From Macrostomum lignano (lineage: Eukaryota), in the NCBI GenBank assembly GCA_002269645.1, contig NIVC01003856.1, forward strand, positions 1 to 64,000: DNA of 64,000 bases, in the 5' to 3' direction. Shown here in pieces: positions 12,546 through 25,329 of this stretch (the stretch's first letter is position 1; each line of letters opens with the position of its first letter). The notes below the pieces were generated by a model. That model searched no databases. It was not told where the DNA came from and was given only the letters and a program-made list of their open reading frames with translations. The translations under genes and the position numbers were made by a program.

Positions 12546-13410
12546 CCGTTGCTATTCTCCAGGCCGGCCAGCGTCACGGCAGTCGGCGCCGAAACAACGG
12601 AAGGCGGAGGAGCGGCACCGCTGGCGTCAGCAGAGCTGGCAGCGGACGGCGTGTCCTGATTGACGCCACCGGAAGCCGAGGCGGAAGCGCCAGCGCTGCC
12701 AGCTCTCTCATTAGCCGCCTCCAGCTTGTTGGCCTCGCGGTATTTCAGCAGGTAGAGCTTCAGCGGCTCAATGTAGTTGTCAAGGCCCACGGCCTGAAGT
12801 GCATGGATAAAATCGATTTATGCTTGCTAAATGCTAACTAGTAGTAATAAAAGAATTTTGAGCAAATATTGTTGCAGCAGGTTGAGCTGATGATGCTCAA
12901 GAAATCAATGCAGACTCGATCCCTAAATAGATCGAAAGTGGCTGGTTTGAACTGAAGACCGGAAATCAGAAACTTTTGTTGCTACGGGACGGATGGTGCT
13001 GGCTAGTCAGGCCTCTCTTCTATGAAACAAAGCCCGAACCTACGAAGGGTCGCGTCTGTCGAGTGTTCCAAGTTCCCAGATTCCAAAGCCCTGATATGGA
13101 CTGCAGCGTTTAAAAGACGGCACAGCCAACACAGTGAAATCCGCAGCCGCACCTGCATAGCGGTGAGGATGTCCTCCCCGTTCATAGTCTTGCGCTTGTC
13201 ATCCTGGCACCGGTCAGAGGCCTCCGAGGTGATGAAGGAGATGAACTCGGAGACGCACTCCTGCACGCACTCTTTGGCCTCCTTGGTGATCTTGCCAGTC
13301 TCCGGGATGGTCCGCTTCATGATCTTCGATATGTTGGCGATGGGCAGGAAGCGGTCCTGGTCACGGATGGGGGAGTGCTGGCCCACAGGGCGGTTCTCTC
13401 CACCAGGCGA
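12518..13410 (-). CDS. NFYB: Nuclear factor Y subunit B (histone fold); exons 13153-~13410 and 12518-12793; start exon not located
   Basis: [63 protein letters not shown]|[19 protein letters not shown]. The intron 13152-12794 is GT-AG and phase 0. An in-frame TAA at 13438-13440 means an upstream exon is required. Confidence 0.92.
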
Positions 13411-13890
13411 CTGCGGGTCCAGGCTCGAGTCCAGAAGTTATTGCAATTTTAATAATCAGAGCAGTTTCTGTTGTGCTGTTTGGCTGCAAATACAAAAATA
13501 GCCAGGCTGCAGCAGCCTAACTACCCTCTATAGGTACATATACTTGGTACTGGAAATGTTTGCAATAAAAGTATAGAAAATCAAACATGACCAGGATGAT
13601 AAAAATATACTAATAATAGCAAGAGAGTTGTAGGCACCCTGGTGCAATCAATGTATTTGGCAACATTGTTCTACAACCACCACTTAGGCAATTCTACCTA
13701 TTCTATTGACTTTTTCTACTAAAACAAGTGCAGAGATACTATAATAATAACAATAATTGATTACACTTGCCTTAATGGGCAAATGTGCAACAAACAGCTC
13801 AGGTATACAGCTATTGCACAATGCATCTGAAGACTGCATTTGGCTGCTCAGTCAAAGGACTGAGGGTTGCCACACATTCTCAATTACCTT

Positions 13891-14010
13891 AGCTAATGCT
13901 GGCACCCATTCTATTCTACAGCTAGGTGAACTGATAAATAAAGCAATGCAAACTTAAATGTCTTGCTCAAGGATACAATTTGCTTCAGTGGAATTAGGAA
14001 TCAAACCACC
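13891..14010 (-). mobile_element. Degenerate copy of a CORE-like tRNA-derived SINE
   Basis: Shares GCTAATGCTGGCACCCATT...ACAGCT.G.TGAACTGA...AAGCAATG...TTAA.TGTCTTGCTCAAGGA.ACAA with 20700-20850, and has an antisense B-box-like GGAATCAAACC. Confidence 0.65.
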
Positions 14011-16881
14011 AATCCCTTTACTCTAGAAATATATCCCATTTATATTTTTTATATCACAAACATTATATTACATTTATTATTTATCTACCCTTTTTTATTT
14101 TTCCATTGGCACAAAATAAGGGGATAAATCTTAACCATAAGAGTAGGGGCATTATAACTATATTATACATTGGAGGGCCCTATAATATATACTAGATACT
14201 AAAATAAACTAGAAGAACACTATAAATATTATTATATTAGAAAGGTACTATCATATATGCACAACTGTTGGCTAACCTGGCCAATCTGGCCACTATAAAT
14301 TATGGTTAACTAGGAAATGAGATAAGTTGCGAAAATGGCCACCCTAAATACAGATATAGTAAGCCTACAAATTAGATAATAAGCCATTTAGCCTTAATAA
14401 AACAATCAGCTACTCTTACTATTTATCCAAAATTGTGTTAATTTTGTTTAAGGGTTTCTTTCATAAGTAAGTTGCATTTTTGGTCAAAAAGTAAGTTGCA
14501 CAGCCAATGTAAATCAGGGGGATTACATATGCATAGGTACTATACTAGGCCTAAACAAATAGAGGGCAAACATTTTTTGATAAAGACCTAAGCTTAGGCC
14601 TTTTTAAGTTCGCTAAGCAACTTTTAGCACTTTTCTTTTTTCTGTTTTGGATTTAATCATTGTCTATAGATTCAAAGTATTATAGTTTAGAAAATTGATA
14701 ATAATAATAATCTGTAGGACCATGGGATGGGACTATTAACCCAAAGGAAAAGGGGTAGGCCTAATAGGCCTATCTAGCCCTATCATTGACATTGGCATAA
14801 TTGCCAGCCAAGTAGCCATAAAGGGAAGGGATAGTCTTTCTGGCTGCCCATGCCTGCCTACCTACCTACCCACTTAAATATAGTTATTTATAATAGTAAT
14901 TAGGCCTAATAAGCAAATTTTACAAAGAAAACTTAACTAAAATTTTAATTTGATTGTCATTGAATTCAAGTAGGGGCCTAACTTATAAAGTCATGGCTTA
15001 TAATTAATTGCATTAATTATAGCCATAGGCTTACACATTTTTAACTTCTCTTGCTCAAGATATAATTATAACTTATATAAGTGGACATTAAATACAAAAA
15101 GCAAGAATAAATTAATTGAAATATAATAGACCAAAACAAGAGCATATTGACTAGGCCTATGTCTAGCTAGCAAAATAAAGGTAGAAGGTAAGGTAAGGTA
15201 GGTACAAAAAGGTACAAGAAGGTAGGCCTATTAGTATATTAATATACATGCCCACTGGCATTGCCAACTAGGCATCTATCTGTTGAGCAGGCCTAGAAAT
15301 GGCAATCCTGAAAATTCCCGCGTTTAATTATTTTACGGAATTATTTCGCCCTATATTCAAGGGTGGTGGGGGGTGGGGGTTATAATTAAACGCGGGAATC
15401 TCCGAATCTTCAGGATAACCCTAGAAATTACTGATTTTGCTTATAAAATCTTTTTAGGCCTTGTGATTAACTACATTACATAGATACACGTTGCTGACTA
15501 AAATTAGCATTACATGTAGTAGAGGGCATAGTGAAAGTGAACTCAATCAAGTAGAATTCAGGCTGCTGTGTAGCTGCGGCCGACGTACATACACGCTGTA
15601 AGTGCAATGTCCCTGGGGTTGTATACGGCATTAAAAGTCTAATTAAAATAACAAAGAAAACATTTTACTAGCGCAAAGAGAGTTAATCTTTTCTTTAAAT
15701 GTCAAAGAAATAAATTTAAAAACTGTTTATTCAATATTTATCAATATTTTTAACCAACACAGTTTATTTTTGCTTTCATTAGACTCTAAACAATTTTAAC
15801 TTCGGACAATATGCATTTTTACCGAAATATAGTGCTCTGCTTCTTCTAATCAACAGTATAACAGACTTTTCGTAGTTTATTATAGGCCAGAGGAGGTTGG
15901 CCCCGATTATTGATTGGTTATTTAAATTAAAATATTTGAACTGTAGCTGCTTTTGATTTTAGTTATAAGATACTTAGATTAGATGCACACAAACCGCGGT
16001 ATAGTTTAGATTTGTAAAACTGTTTAAGAGGTGTTTTTTTCTTAAAGAGTATTTAGCAATTATTTTTATCGAACACTCTCAGTTCGATTAACTACTATTT
16101 CTTACCTTGTAAATTTCCTCAGCGTATCGATGTTTTTTTCAGAACTACCAATACATGCATTTTTTGTGTTTTTATACTTTTGACCAGTCTCCCAAATCCC
16201 ATGAGGCATCACGTTTTCATCAAAATTTCATGGAAGTCATGAAAGCCTTGTCCCTTTAGTATTAAACTATAGTAGATAAAAATTAAAATTCTAAAAAAAT
16301 CACATGTCATACACTAGAATAAATAGACATCAACTGAATGAAAACCAAATCAAGATTTCCCATTTAGTGGAGAAATCTAGCTCGTATTTAATGAGTTTAA
16401 TATGTAAGCAGTTTAAGTCACACTATTTACCTATTTCTTCAGCTCACCTACACTCTTTCATAATACTCAATGTGCAAATTATCATAATTTTAACAAATTA
16501 CATGTACAATGGTTTTATGTGCTGTTTCTAATAGACACCAACAATAGGCTGTTGAAGACAAATTGTAGACAACAACAATAGGCTGGCTTTGCATTAAGTG
16601 CAATAAGCAAAACAAAATCTGACGCGGCTGCTTTGTATTCTTATTAGATTTTTCACAAGGACCACTTCACAACACGAGGAAAGAAATTAGAATAATATAA
16701 AGCATGGAATTTTTTAGACTGCTAAAAATGACTCATTACTTAGCGGAAGAGATTATATTATACGAAACGTGCTTTCTTTAAAAAACTTCGAAAATAATGT
16801 AGATATTAGATATATATAGCATTACCATAACATTTGATTTTTTTAAAGCGCTTTATTTGTTTTCTTCTGGCCGACTATCAG

Positions 16882-19800
16882 GCCCTCGATGGCAACGACA
16901 GCGGCGGTGACGGTGGCGGCAGTAGTGCGAGGAAGCGACGCGGAGGGCTAAGCCGCCTGGCGCAGAGGCGCGGCCTACTCTCGCCCAGCACCTCGAACCC
17001 TGATCTCGATTCCCCGCGTGAGCGTCAAGAAATGTCCGAGTCACCGCAGCGTCCATCGCCACCATTGCAGTCGTCGCCGCCGCCTCAGCGAGACAGTCGC
17101 CGAGCTCGGCAGAACGGCGATACGAACGGCGATGCGTCGCTTTCAGTAGCCGCTGACTTTTCAGTGAAGTCCTCCCCACCGCCTGACCTGCACCGGAGTC
17201 ACAGCACCCAGGAGCTCGAGCGGCTCAACGAATGGGACCGGGGCCACTCCAAGCGGCTCGGCCGTCTTGACCGGAAACTCGAGCGTCGTTTCGACTCCTC
17301 CGCACTGTCACTCGGAGCCACCGCCTCCGGCGACGCCGCCAGCACCTCAGCCAGCGTGGCCTCCAGCACAGGCGGCGGCTCCTCGGCGCTGCGCCGGATC
17401 CCCGTCGGGGATGCACGGCGGCAGCCGCTGCTGCACGGCTCCGTGGCCGCCGGCGGCCTCCTTGGCGCTGATCAGCTCGACCAGTTAGTGCCCGACCGGC
17501 GACTCGAGCTCATGTCCGTGACCTGGAATATGGGCGAAGCCACGCCGCAGGTTGGTGTCTGGGTCTTGGCTGCCCCTTCCATATCATTTTCTGAAAATGT
17601 AACACAGCTGTTTTCAACAGTTTGCATCCCGAAAGTTATGCCTTAATTAAAGCAGCACTGCGAGATTCAACTGGCAGAGCCATGCCTTCATCTAAGACTT
17701 CCCATTCCGATCTTTCACTTCATCAATCAGCCAGATAATCTCAAGACTCTCTGCAGAAATTTATTTTTCTCGGCCTTACAAAGTAGATCCAAACCTCGTG
17801 CTGCCCCGAGTCCCAGTGTCATTAGCAGACTTGCTCTAATAGCCACATATCTTGTGTTGACAAGGTTTAGTTTCCTTAGTTCTCAAACACAAGGCAGCCT
17901 GTTTTGATCGCCTGTGTTCGAATGTCTTCCTATCTTGAAAAGAGAGACAGTGCTGCGTAGATCCAGCACTGCTCAGGCTGAGCATAGGTTATCATTGCTG
18001 TAAAAACCTCCCAGCTCTGAACTAATAGGCAGCTTTGAACCGGACTTGAGTCGTCTTGTTAATTAAAGCCACCTGATCAATGCTCAGCTCACTTGCACGA
18101 CCTGAACTGAAAGCCTCACGAGCGGCAGTGGCTCAGGTGTCCCGCTGCACGCTGGGCTTTGCTGATCACCTCCTCCCCGCTCTCTCCTTCGCTTTGCTTT
18201 TTCTAGCCTTGAAAGCGCCTCCTCCCCTTCCCCTCCAGGCCTTTCCAGAGTACCTGGATCCCCTGTTCTTCCCGCCGGATCAGGAGCACGTGCCCGACAT
18301 CTACTCGCTCAGCGTGCAGGAAGTCTGCTCCGATGTGTGAGCGAACCGCCTGTCCTTACCTGCTTTGCAGTCGCACTCGCGCCATCTCAGTCTCTCACAG
18401 CCTCCTCCCGCCTCTTCTCCGCCACCCACAGAGAAGAGCTTCTTATCCGTTGCCAGGCAACTATCGGGCCAACGCACGTGCTGTTCGAGTTTTGCCACTA
18501 CAAATCCCTTCTCTGCGCTGTGTTCATCCGACGCGATCTTGTCTGGTTCGTGTCTCGTAAGTCACTGTCTGCTTTGTTTCAAAGCTACTTTTAGTAGTCT
18601 GGTCAGTGTCGAAACTCGAGAGTGGCTCAATTAAAACCTATGAGGGCTTTACGATAGAATTGGATGAATAGATATAGATATATGGATTTTTAAGGCATTG
18701 GAATCCAGAACCGATGCAATCTAACAATGATCAGAAAATTCACACCCGTTGTCTTCTTGCAGTGCCCGACACTTGCGCGGTGCAGACCAGGGCCGCTGTG
18801 TACACCAAGGGCTGCGCCGCTGTCTGCTTCACCCTGTTCGGCTCCTCAATGCTTTTCCTAAGCTGCCACTTCAAATGTGAGTAGCGGCGCTGCGACTGTC
18901 AATTTACCTTCAACCCTTCCTGACCGACTCTCAACTATCTTTCTTTCAGCCGACGACGGCAACTTTGAGGCCCGGATTGAAGATTACAAGAAAATTGTGC
19001 GCAAAGTTGACCTGCCGCGCTTCACCAAACCGATGTATCAGAGTAAGGCCTACCTGTATTTTCATACTATGAGGGCCTATTTATTGAGCCAGTAAGATGG
19101 GACTTAAGAAGGGCCCGTGTTTCTGATGTCAAAACTGGTGACGGAGCGTCATCGTTGTCAGCAGCTCGTCTGTTCATCTCGGCATTCTAGCGCCGACGTT
19201 CAGCTTTGAAGCCATACCGAGACCCTGTGGCTGATGAACTTTTGCCCCAATTTAGCAGAGGTTTCGACTTTTGTGCAGCCACCCTGATGTCATGTCTACC
19301 GCCATCAGTCGCGAATAACATTCCATATCTGTCTTTCCAATATCCGCCAGGCGATGACGTCACAGAGCGATTCGACTACGTGTTCTGGGCCGGCGATTTG
19401 AACTTCCGCCTACGCGTCGGCGAGTCCAGCCGGCTACGCGTTGACCGCCTGCTGCAGGGCGAAAACTTCTCCGACCGGCTGACAGCCGTCGACGAACTCA
19501 AAATGGCGCAGGCCGAGGGTCGCGTGTTCGAGCACTTCCTAGAGGGCGACATCCGCTTCCCGCCTACCTACAAGTTCGACATCGACACGGACAACTACGA
19601 TACCTCGGGAAAGCAGCGGGTGCCCAGCTACACGGTAGGCTCTTGAGACGATGCACAAAGTACTATTTTTTGTCATGGAAGTACTTTCTTTGTCAAAGCA
19701 GCACTAAAAGTGCATTGGTGCAAAGTTTACCTACGCAAGAGCAACGAATAAAATGTAGATGAGTTGGAGGATTTACCGTAGCGGGGTTGAGGCTAAAATT

Positions 19801-22472
19801 GAGGGAAACTGCGGAGTTTTCACCACCACATAATTGCAGCCTTGGTTCGAAATCGAACCAAGTTCGAAATCGAAAGTGACTGTGAGTTGTGATCTAGCGG
19901 TGAGAATCCCAGGTTTCACGCAGGTGACCCGGGAACGACTCCCAGACAGGTAACCACGGTGAGCTTCTACAACTGTGTCCAAAACTCCCGATTGGCCTCA
20001 TGACCGGATTCTGAGTTCTTACTCGTTGTCAACGGGTCCTAACCACTGAGTCAAGATCGCCCCCATGAACACACACGTCTCTAAAGACCACCGAAGTTCT
20101 ATTCAACTATCGGCGTACATCCGTTTCGCACACGTGTACATGCAGGAGCTTTGCACCGCATCAAAGTACTTTTGTGACATTGGCGACCAACATGTAAATT
20201 TTAGCATCCATTCCGTCATAACCAGCGCGGCTAATTTACATCACAAGAAGCATATATCAGAAAGCATTTGATTTATTCAAGTATTTCAAAAACTAAGGGC
20301 GATTTTTCATGCCTCCATCAAACGGGGCCATAAAATCGCACAGCTGATTTACACAGCTGCAACAATTTATGCACTCACCTGCGCACCTGCCTGACTGTCC
20401 GCCCGTCCAGGACCGGGTCCTCTATCGCTGTCGCAAGCCCGGCAGCGCCACGGTGACCGCGTACAATAGCGTACCCGAGCTGCGCTGCTCCGATCACCGG
20501 GCGGTGTACGCCGTCATCAGCCTGCAGATCCGACCCGGCTCCGACAAGTGAGACATCGCTGGCTGTGTTTCAATTTTATGGCCCTGGATTAACTAACTAT
20601 TAGTTCTTGACGTCTCAACCACCCTAGGACGACATCTTGAGTAGACGGGAAGAATGCCAAAAATGGTTAAAATTTGTTCCAAAATTTCTTTCCATAATGA
20701 GCTAATGCTGGCACCCATTTTACAGCTGGCTGAACTGAAGCAATGTAGAGTTAAGTGTCTTGCTCAAGGACACAAATTGTTCCGCATGGGTCGAGAATCG
20801 AACCCCTGACCTTTCAGTCGTGAGTTCGACGCTCTGGCCACTAAGCTACAACTGTCTGTCTGAACTGCCGAAAAAAACAAATCCCTATCCTTTGTTCTTT
20901 ATCATGATTCCCAATTCCAACCGAGCTCACAGCAGACACCTCGCTGCGCTGGTCCCTGCTCGGTGAGTGACGGTCGCTTTGGAGTCGATAACCAAATCTA
21001 AATCTTATCAGATGGTAGTGTGGATTATTAATTATCCATCTTGATTTGCAGATGAAATCATATAAATAAAAGTTTGGGTTCATTCTAGAATAAAAAATGT
21101 TGCAATCCAATGGATTCGCTGCGACATCGTCCCTAATGGACTTGTCGGGTAGCCTGCATGCTTCTGATTGTGCTAGTATTCCTTGAACTTTGAATCATGC
21201 TGATCAATACCAACAAAGTGCCCATTATTAGTGAACGCCATTTTCAATCGAAAATTCCTTAAATTGACAGACTAAAGATAAGGCAACTATTTTGTCTGCA
21301 GGATTTTGCTATGTTTGTCAAGCTTTTAAAGCAACCAGTGGGCGAGCTTCCCGCAGCCCGATCCTTCAGTAAGTGAGCTACCCGCAGCCCGATGCTTCAG
21401 TAACTGAACTTCCCGCAGCCCGATCCTACAGTAGCTGAGCTTCCCGCAGCCCGATCCTTCAGTAGCTGAGCTTCCCGCAACCCGATCCTTTAGTGGGTGA
21501 GCTTCCCGCAGCCCGATCCTTTAGTGGGTGAGCTTCCCGCAGCCCGATCTTTCAGTAGCTGAGCTTCCCGCAGCCCGATCCTTTAGTGGGTGAGCTTCCC
21601 GCAGCCCGATCCTTAAGTGGGTGAGCTTCCCGCAGCCCGATCCTTCAGTAGCTGAGCTTCCCGCAGCCCGATCCTTTAGTGGGTGAGCTTCCCGCAGCCC
21701 GATCCTTTAGTGGGTGAGCTTCCCGCAGCCCGATCCTTCAGTAGCTGAGCTTCCCGCAGCCCGATCCTTTAGTGGGTGAGCTTCCCGCAACCCGATCCTT
21801 TAGTAGCTGAGCTTCCCGCAGCCCGATCCTTTAGTGGGTGAGCTTCCCGCAGCCCGATCCTTTAGTAGCTGAGCTTCCCGCAGCCCGATCCTTCAGTAGC
21901 TGAGCTTCCCGCAGCCCGATCCTTTAGTGGGTGAGCTTCCCGCAGCCCGATCTTTCAGTAGCTGAGCTTCCCGCAGCCCGATCCTTCAGTAGCTGAGCTT
22001 CCCGCAACCCGATCCTTCAGTAACTGAGCTTCCCGCAACCCGATCCTTCAGTAGCTGAGCTTCCCGCAACCCGATCCTTCAGTAGCTGAGCTTCCCGCAG
22101 CCCGATCCTTTAGTGGGTGAGCTTCCCGCAACCCGATCCTTCAATAACTGAGCTTCCCGCAACCCGATCCTTCAGTAGCTGAGCTTCCCGCAACCCGATC
22201 CTTCAGTGGGTGAGCCACCTTCACCTTTAATCTCCATTAATCTAACCCGTCTTGGCAATGCATTCAATACCCGCCTCGGCTGCATTCAGGCTATTAGTCG
22301 CTGTCTTAAACGCTCCGCCTTCCCTCCTCATCGCAGCCTTCCGCTGGCCTACGGCCGGTTCCGCCACACTTTCTACGTGGAGGGCAACAAGCGGCGGGCC
22401 AGACGCAATGACCTGGACGAAATACGCCGGAAAAGCAACAGAGCTTCATCTGGCGTCTGCAGCCTCATGTGA
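16882..22472 (+). CDS. INPP5E: Inositol polyphosphate 5-phosphatase E (ciliary); exons 16882-17550, 18239-18336, 18432-18556, 18763-18876, 18950-19042, 19351-19634, 20411-20547, 22337-22472; true start uncertain (ATG 17032 or an upstream exon)
   Basis: 5-phosphatase motifs TWNM, VQE, FIRRDLVWF, TKG...F.LFG.S.LF..CHF, RFDYVFWAGDLNFRL, F.PTYKFDI..D.YD.S.KQR.PSYTDRVLY, SDHR.V. Ends in the CaaX box CSLM. All intron phases are consistent. Confidence 0.93.
19883..19953 (+). pseudogene. Decayed tRNA-Glu(TTC)-like sequence (tRNA pseudogene or SINE head) in an INPP5E intron
   Basis: TCTAGCGGTGAGAATCCCAGGTTTCACGCAGGTGACCCGGGAACGACTCCC aligns with the metazoan tRNA-Glu core TCTAGCGGTTAGGATTCCTGGTTTTCACCCAGGCGGCCCGGGTTCGACTCCC. 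The acceptor and anticodon stems no longer pair and the B-box is mutated. Confidence 0.65.
20700..20850 (-). mobile_element. CORE-like (MIR-like) tRNA-derived SINE
   Basis: The minus strand has an A-box TAGCTTAGTGG and a B-box GGTTCGATTCTC. These are followed by a segment whose plus strand reads CCCATTTTACAG...GTTAAGTGTCTTGCTCAAGGACACA, resembling the antisense MIR/CORE consensus. A second copy lies at 13891. Confidence 0.75.
21336..22215 (+). repeat. 31-bp minisatellite (GAGCTTCCCGCAGCCCGATCCTT[T/C]AGT[GGGT/AGCT]), about 28 units, last INPP5E intron
   Basis: Read directly. Two variant types are interspersed. Confidence 0.97.
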
Positions 22473-22583
22473 GCTGAGCAGCCCAGACTTCTGCTGAACA
22501 CTGGTGGCAATGATTGAAGCTGAGAGTTCAGTCATGCGACTGCTTTTTATTTGAAAATTTTGTAAACTTTTACCTATCGAAAC

Positions 22584-22860
22584 TCACTCTGGCTGAGACC
22601 AACCCGACTCACTCACCCACTCTGGCTGAGACCAACCCCACTCACTCACCCTCTCTGGCTGAGACCAACCCCACTCACTCACCATCCCTGAATGAGACCA
22701 ACCCCACTCACTCACCCACTCTGACTGAGACCAACCCCACTCACTCACCCACTCCGGCTGAGACCAGCCCGACTCACTCACCCACTCCGGCTGAGACCAG
22801 CCCCACTCACCCACCCACTTTGACTGAGACCAGCCCCACTCACTCACCCACTTTGACTGA
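22584..22860 (+). repeat. 33-bp minisatellite (CTGAGACCAACCCCACTCACTCACCCACTCTGG), about 8 units
   Basis: Read directly. It produces the spurious ETNPTHSPTL ORF. Confidence 0.95.
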
Positions 22861-23964
22861 GTGATTACTCAATCGAGGTCTGGCCGGCCAGAGGAAGCTC
22901 CTCTTGGCCAAAGTTTCTACGGTTGTGAAGGCAGCAGTTGATTGCCTCCTCAGCAGACCTCGGCCGCAGGCCAGGACTCCACCGTCGTGTACACTTCAAA
23001 CTTTTCGTCTTGCACTTTTAAGCTCGTGCTTTCGTGCAGCTGTCTTGCTGATCTATCTGTAAACATATGAGTTGCATGCACAGCCCAAGGACAACTTAAG
23101 TAGATATATATATATAGATAAGATATATATGTTACTTGAGTAGTCCTTGACACAGCCATGTTTTCAAGCACTTACTTAGAGCTTCTACCTTAAAATTCAA
23201 TCCCCTTTCGTGTTACAAGCTTACATATGTACTGTGCTTGCCAAAAATGTCCGTAATGTGTAACTCCAATTATATAATCGAAAATTTTTCCGATCTGTGA
23301 TATACTGTTGAATACTCCAGTGTTTTCCTGCGTGACATTCCCGAACTCTCATCTGCAAGCAGGAGCTCACAGATAAATATTTTAGTAAATTGTAGCATAT
23401 CGAGTCTGCAACTGTGTTATCGCTGTCAGCATAAATTCATTAACCACCAGAGCAGTCTCGGTCTAATCTCATTTCCTTACAAAATGAAGTATTAAAGTTC
23501 ACACATTGAACTCGTACACTAAATAGACAAATCCAGTCTCAGTACTGGATTAAAATTCTAAAGCTTTCATGCTAGCCGACCGACATGTACAACATTTAAG
23601 AGACGGAAGAAAAACATTTGACTGCAAGAAAGCTGCCAATGACAAAATTCCGGGTCTATTTTTGCTGTATTTAGAACGTAATATGTAGTAAATTAAGCGA
23701 CTCCTTTGATAGCAGGTACTATCGCCAAGACAAGTGTAAACTAACTAACGTTTGACAGGTGCGGTTGAATAAAGGAAACTCCACACGAGTTGGCACACAA
23801 GAGAGCGAGTGGCACTGAAGCTCGTGCACGCACTGGCTGCGGCGCGCTGCTTCTCTCCTGAGAGAAAGGAACATCGCTCTAAGGTATCGGTAAAGTAATA
23901 TGGCTGGCATAGAGCTCGCGTTATGTGCAATGCTATCTACAGGATTGAAAGTGATAGTGTCTTT

Positions 23965-25329
23965 TTAATCGTCCAGATCCTTCTCCATCTCCTCGACCTC
24001 CTCCTCCTCGCCCTCTACGCTGTCCACTCCGACCTCTTCGTAGTCCTTCTGCATGGCGCCTAAGTCCTCGCGGGCCTCGGCGAACTCGCCCTCTTCCATG
24101 CCCTCGCCGACGTACCAGTGCACGAAGGCGCGCTTCGAGTACATGAGGTCGAACTTGTACGCCAGTCGGTCCCATGCCTCAGCAATGGCGGTGGTGTTGC
24201 TCAGCATGCAGACCGCTCGAGGCACCTTCGCGAGGTCACCGCCTGGTACTGTGGTTGGCGGTTGGTAGTTGATGCCGACCTTGAAACCTGTCGGGCACCA
24301 GTCAACAAACTGGATCTCTCGCTTGTTTTTGATCTTCTGGATGGACTCGTTGACCTCCTTCGACGAGACATCGCCTCTGTAGAGCAGACAGCAGGCCATG
24401 TACTTGCCGTGCCGAGGATCGCACTTCACCATCTGGTTGCTCGCCTCGAAGCACGAATTGGTGATCTCTCTGACCTTCAGTTGCTCATGATTTGCCTTCT
24501 CCGTCGAAATAATGGGAGCGTAGGTGGCCAGGGGGAAGTGGATTTTCGGATATGGGACGAGGTTTGTCTGGAACTCGGTGATGTCCACGTTGAGCGAGCC
24601 ATCGAACCGCAGTGAAACCGTGATGGAGGACACGATCTGGGCGACAAGTCTGTTTAGGTTGGTGTACGTTGGCCTCTCAATGTCCAAGCTTTTTCTGCAG
24701 ATGTCGTAGATGGCCTCGTTGTCAACGATCATGCCACAGTCCGAGTGTCTTAGAGTGCCGTGGGTGCACAGGATGGCGTTGAACGGCTCCACCACGGCTG
24801 TCGACACCTGCGGCGCCGGGTAGACGGCGAACTGCAGCTTCGCCCGCTTGCCGTACTCGGACGACAACCGGTCCATCAGCAACGAGGTGAAGCCGGCGCC
24901 CGTGCCGCCACCGAAGGAGTGAAAAACCAGGAAGCCCTGCAGGCCTGAGCAGTTTTCCGCCAGCCGGTTGATGACCTCCCGAACGGTGCCAATCAGCTCC
25001 TTGCCGATGGTGTAGTGGCCTCTGGCGTAGTTGTTGGCAGCGTCCTCTTTGCCGGAGATCAGCTGCTCCGGGTGGAACAGCTGGCGGTAGGTGCCCGTGC
25101 GGACCTCGTCGATCACGGTGGGCTCCAGGTCCACGAAGACCGTCCTAGGAACGTAGCGTCCAGAAGATGTCTCCGAGAAGAACGATGACTGCGAGTCGTC
25201 GCACTTCTCCCGGCCTGCCAGCATCATGCCGTCGGGTTGGATGCCGTGCTCCAGGCAGTAGAGCTCCCAGCAGGCGTTGCCGATCTGGATGCCGGCCTGG
25301 CCGACGTGGATGGAGATGCACTCGCGCAT
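23965..25329 (-). CDS. Divergent alpha-tubulin 1 (454 aa, intronless)
   Basis: [13 protein letters not shown] start, [49 protein letters not shown], acidic tail [14 protein letters not shown]. The ORF-track TTG extension to 25440 is discounted. Confidence 0.97.
   Translation of the reverse strand: MRECISIHVGQAGIQIGNACWELYCLEHGIQPDGMMLAGREKCDDSQSSFFSETSSGRYVPRTVFVDLEPTVIDEVRTGTYRQLFHPEQLISGKEDAANNYARGHYTIGKELIGTVREVINRLAENCSGLQGFLVFHSFGGGTGAGFTSLLMDRLSSEYGKRAKLQFAVYPAPQVSTAVVEPFNAILCTHGTLRHSDCGMIVDNEAIYDICRKSLDIERPTYTNLNRLVAQIVSSITVSLRFDGSLNVDITEFQTNLVPYPKIHFPLATYAPIISTEKANHEQLKVREITNSCFEASNQMVKCDPRHGKYMACCLLYRGDVSSKEVNESIQKIKNKREIQFVDWCPTGFKVGINYQPPTTVPGGDLAKVPRAVCMLSNTTAIAEAWDRLAYKFDLMYSKRAFVHWYVGEGMEEGEFAEAREDLGAMQKDYEEVGVDSVEGEEEEVEEMEKDLDD

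Noticed and set aside
19883-19953. Functional tRNA-Glu gene
   Set aside because: The acceptor and anticodon stems do not pair and the B-box reads GGAACGA.
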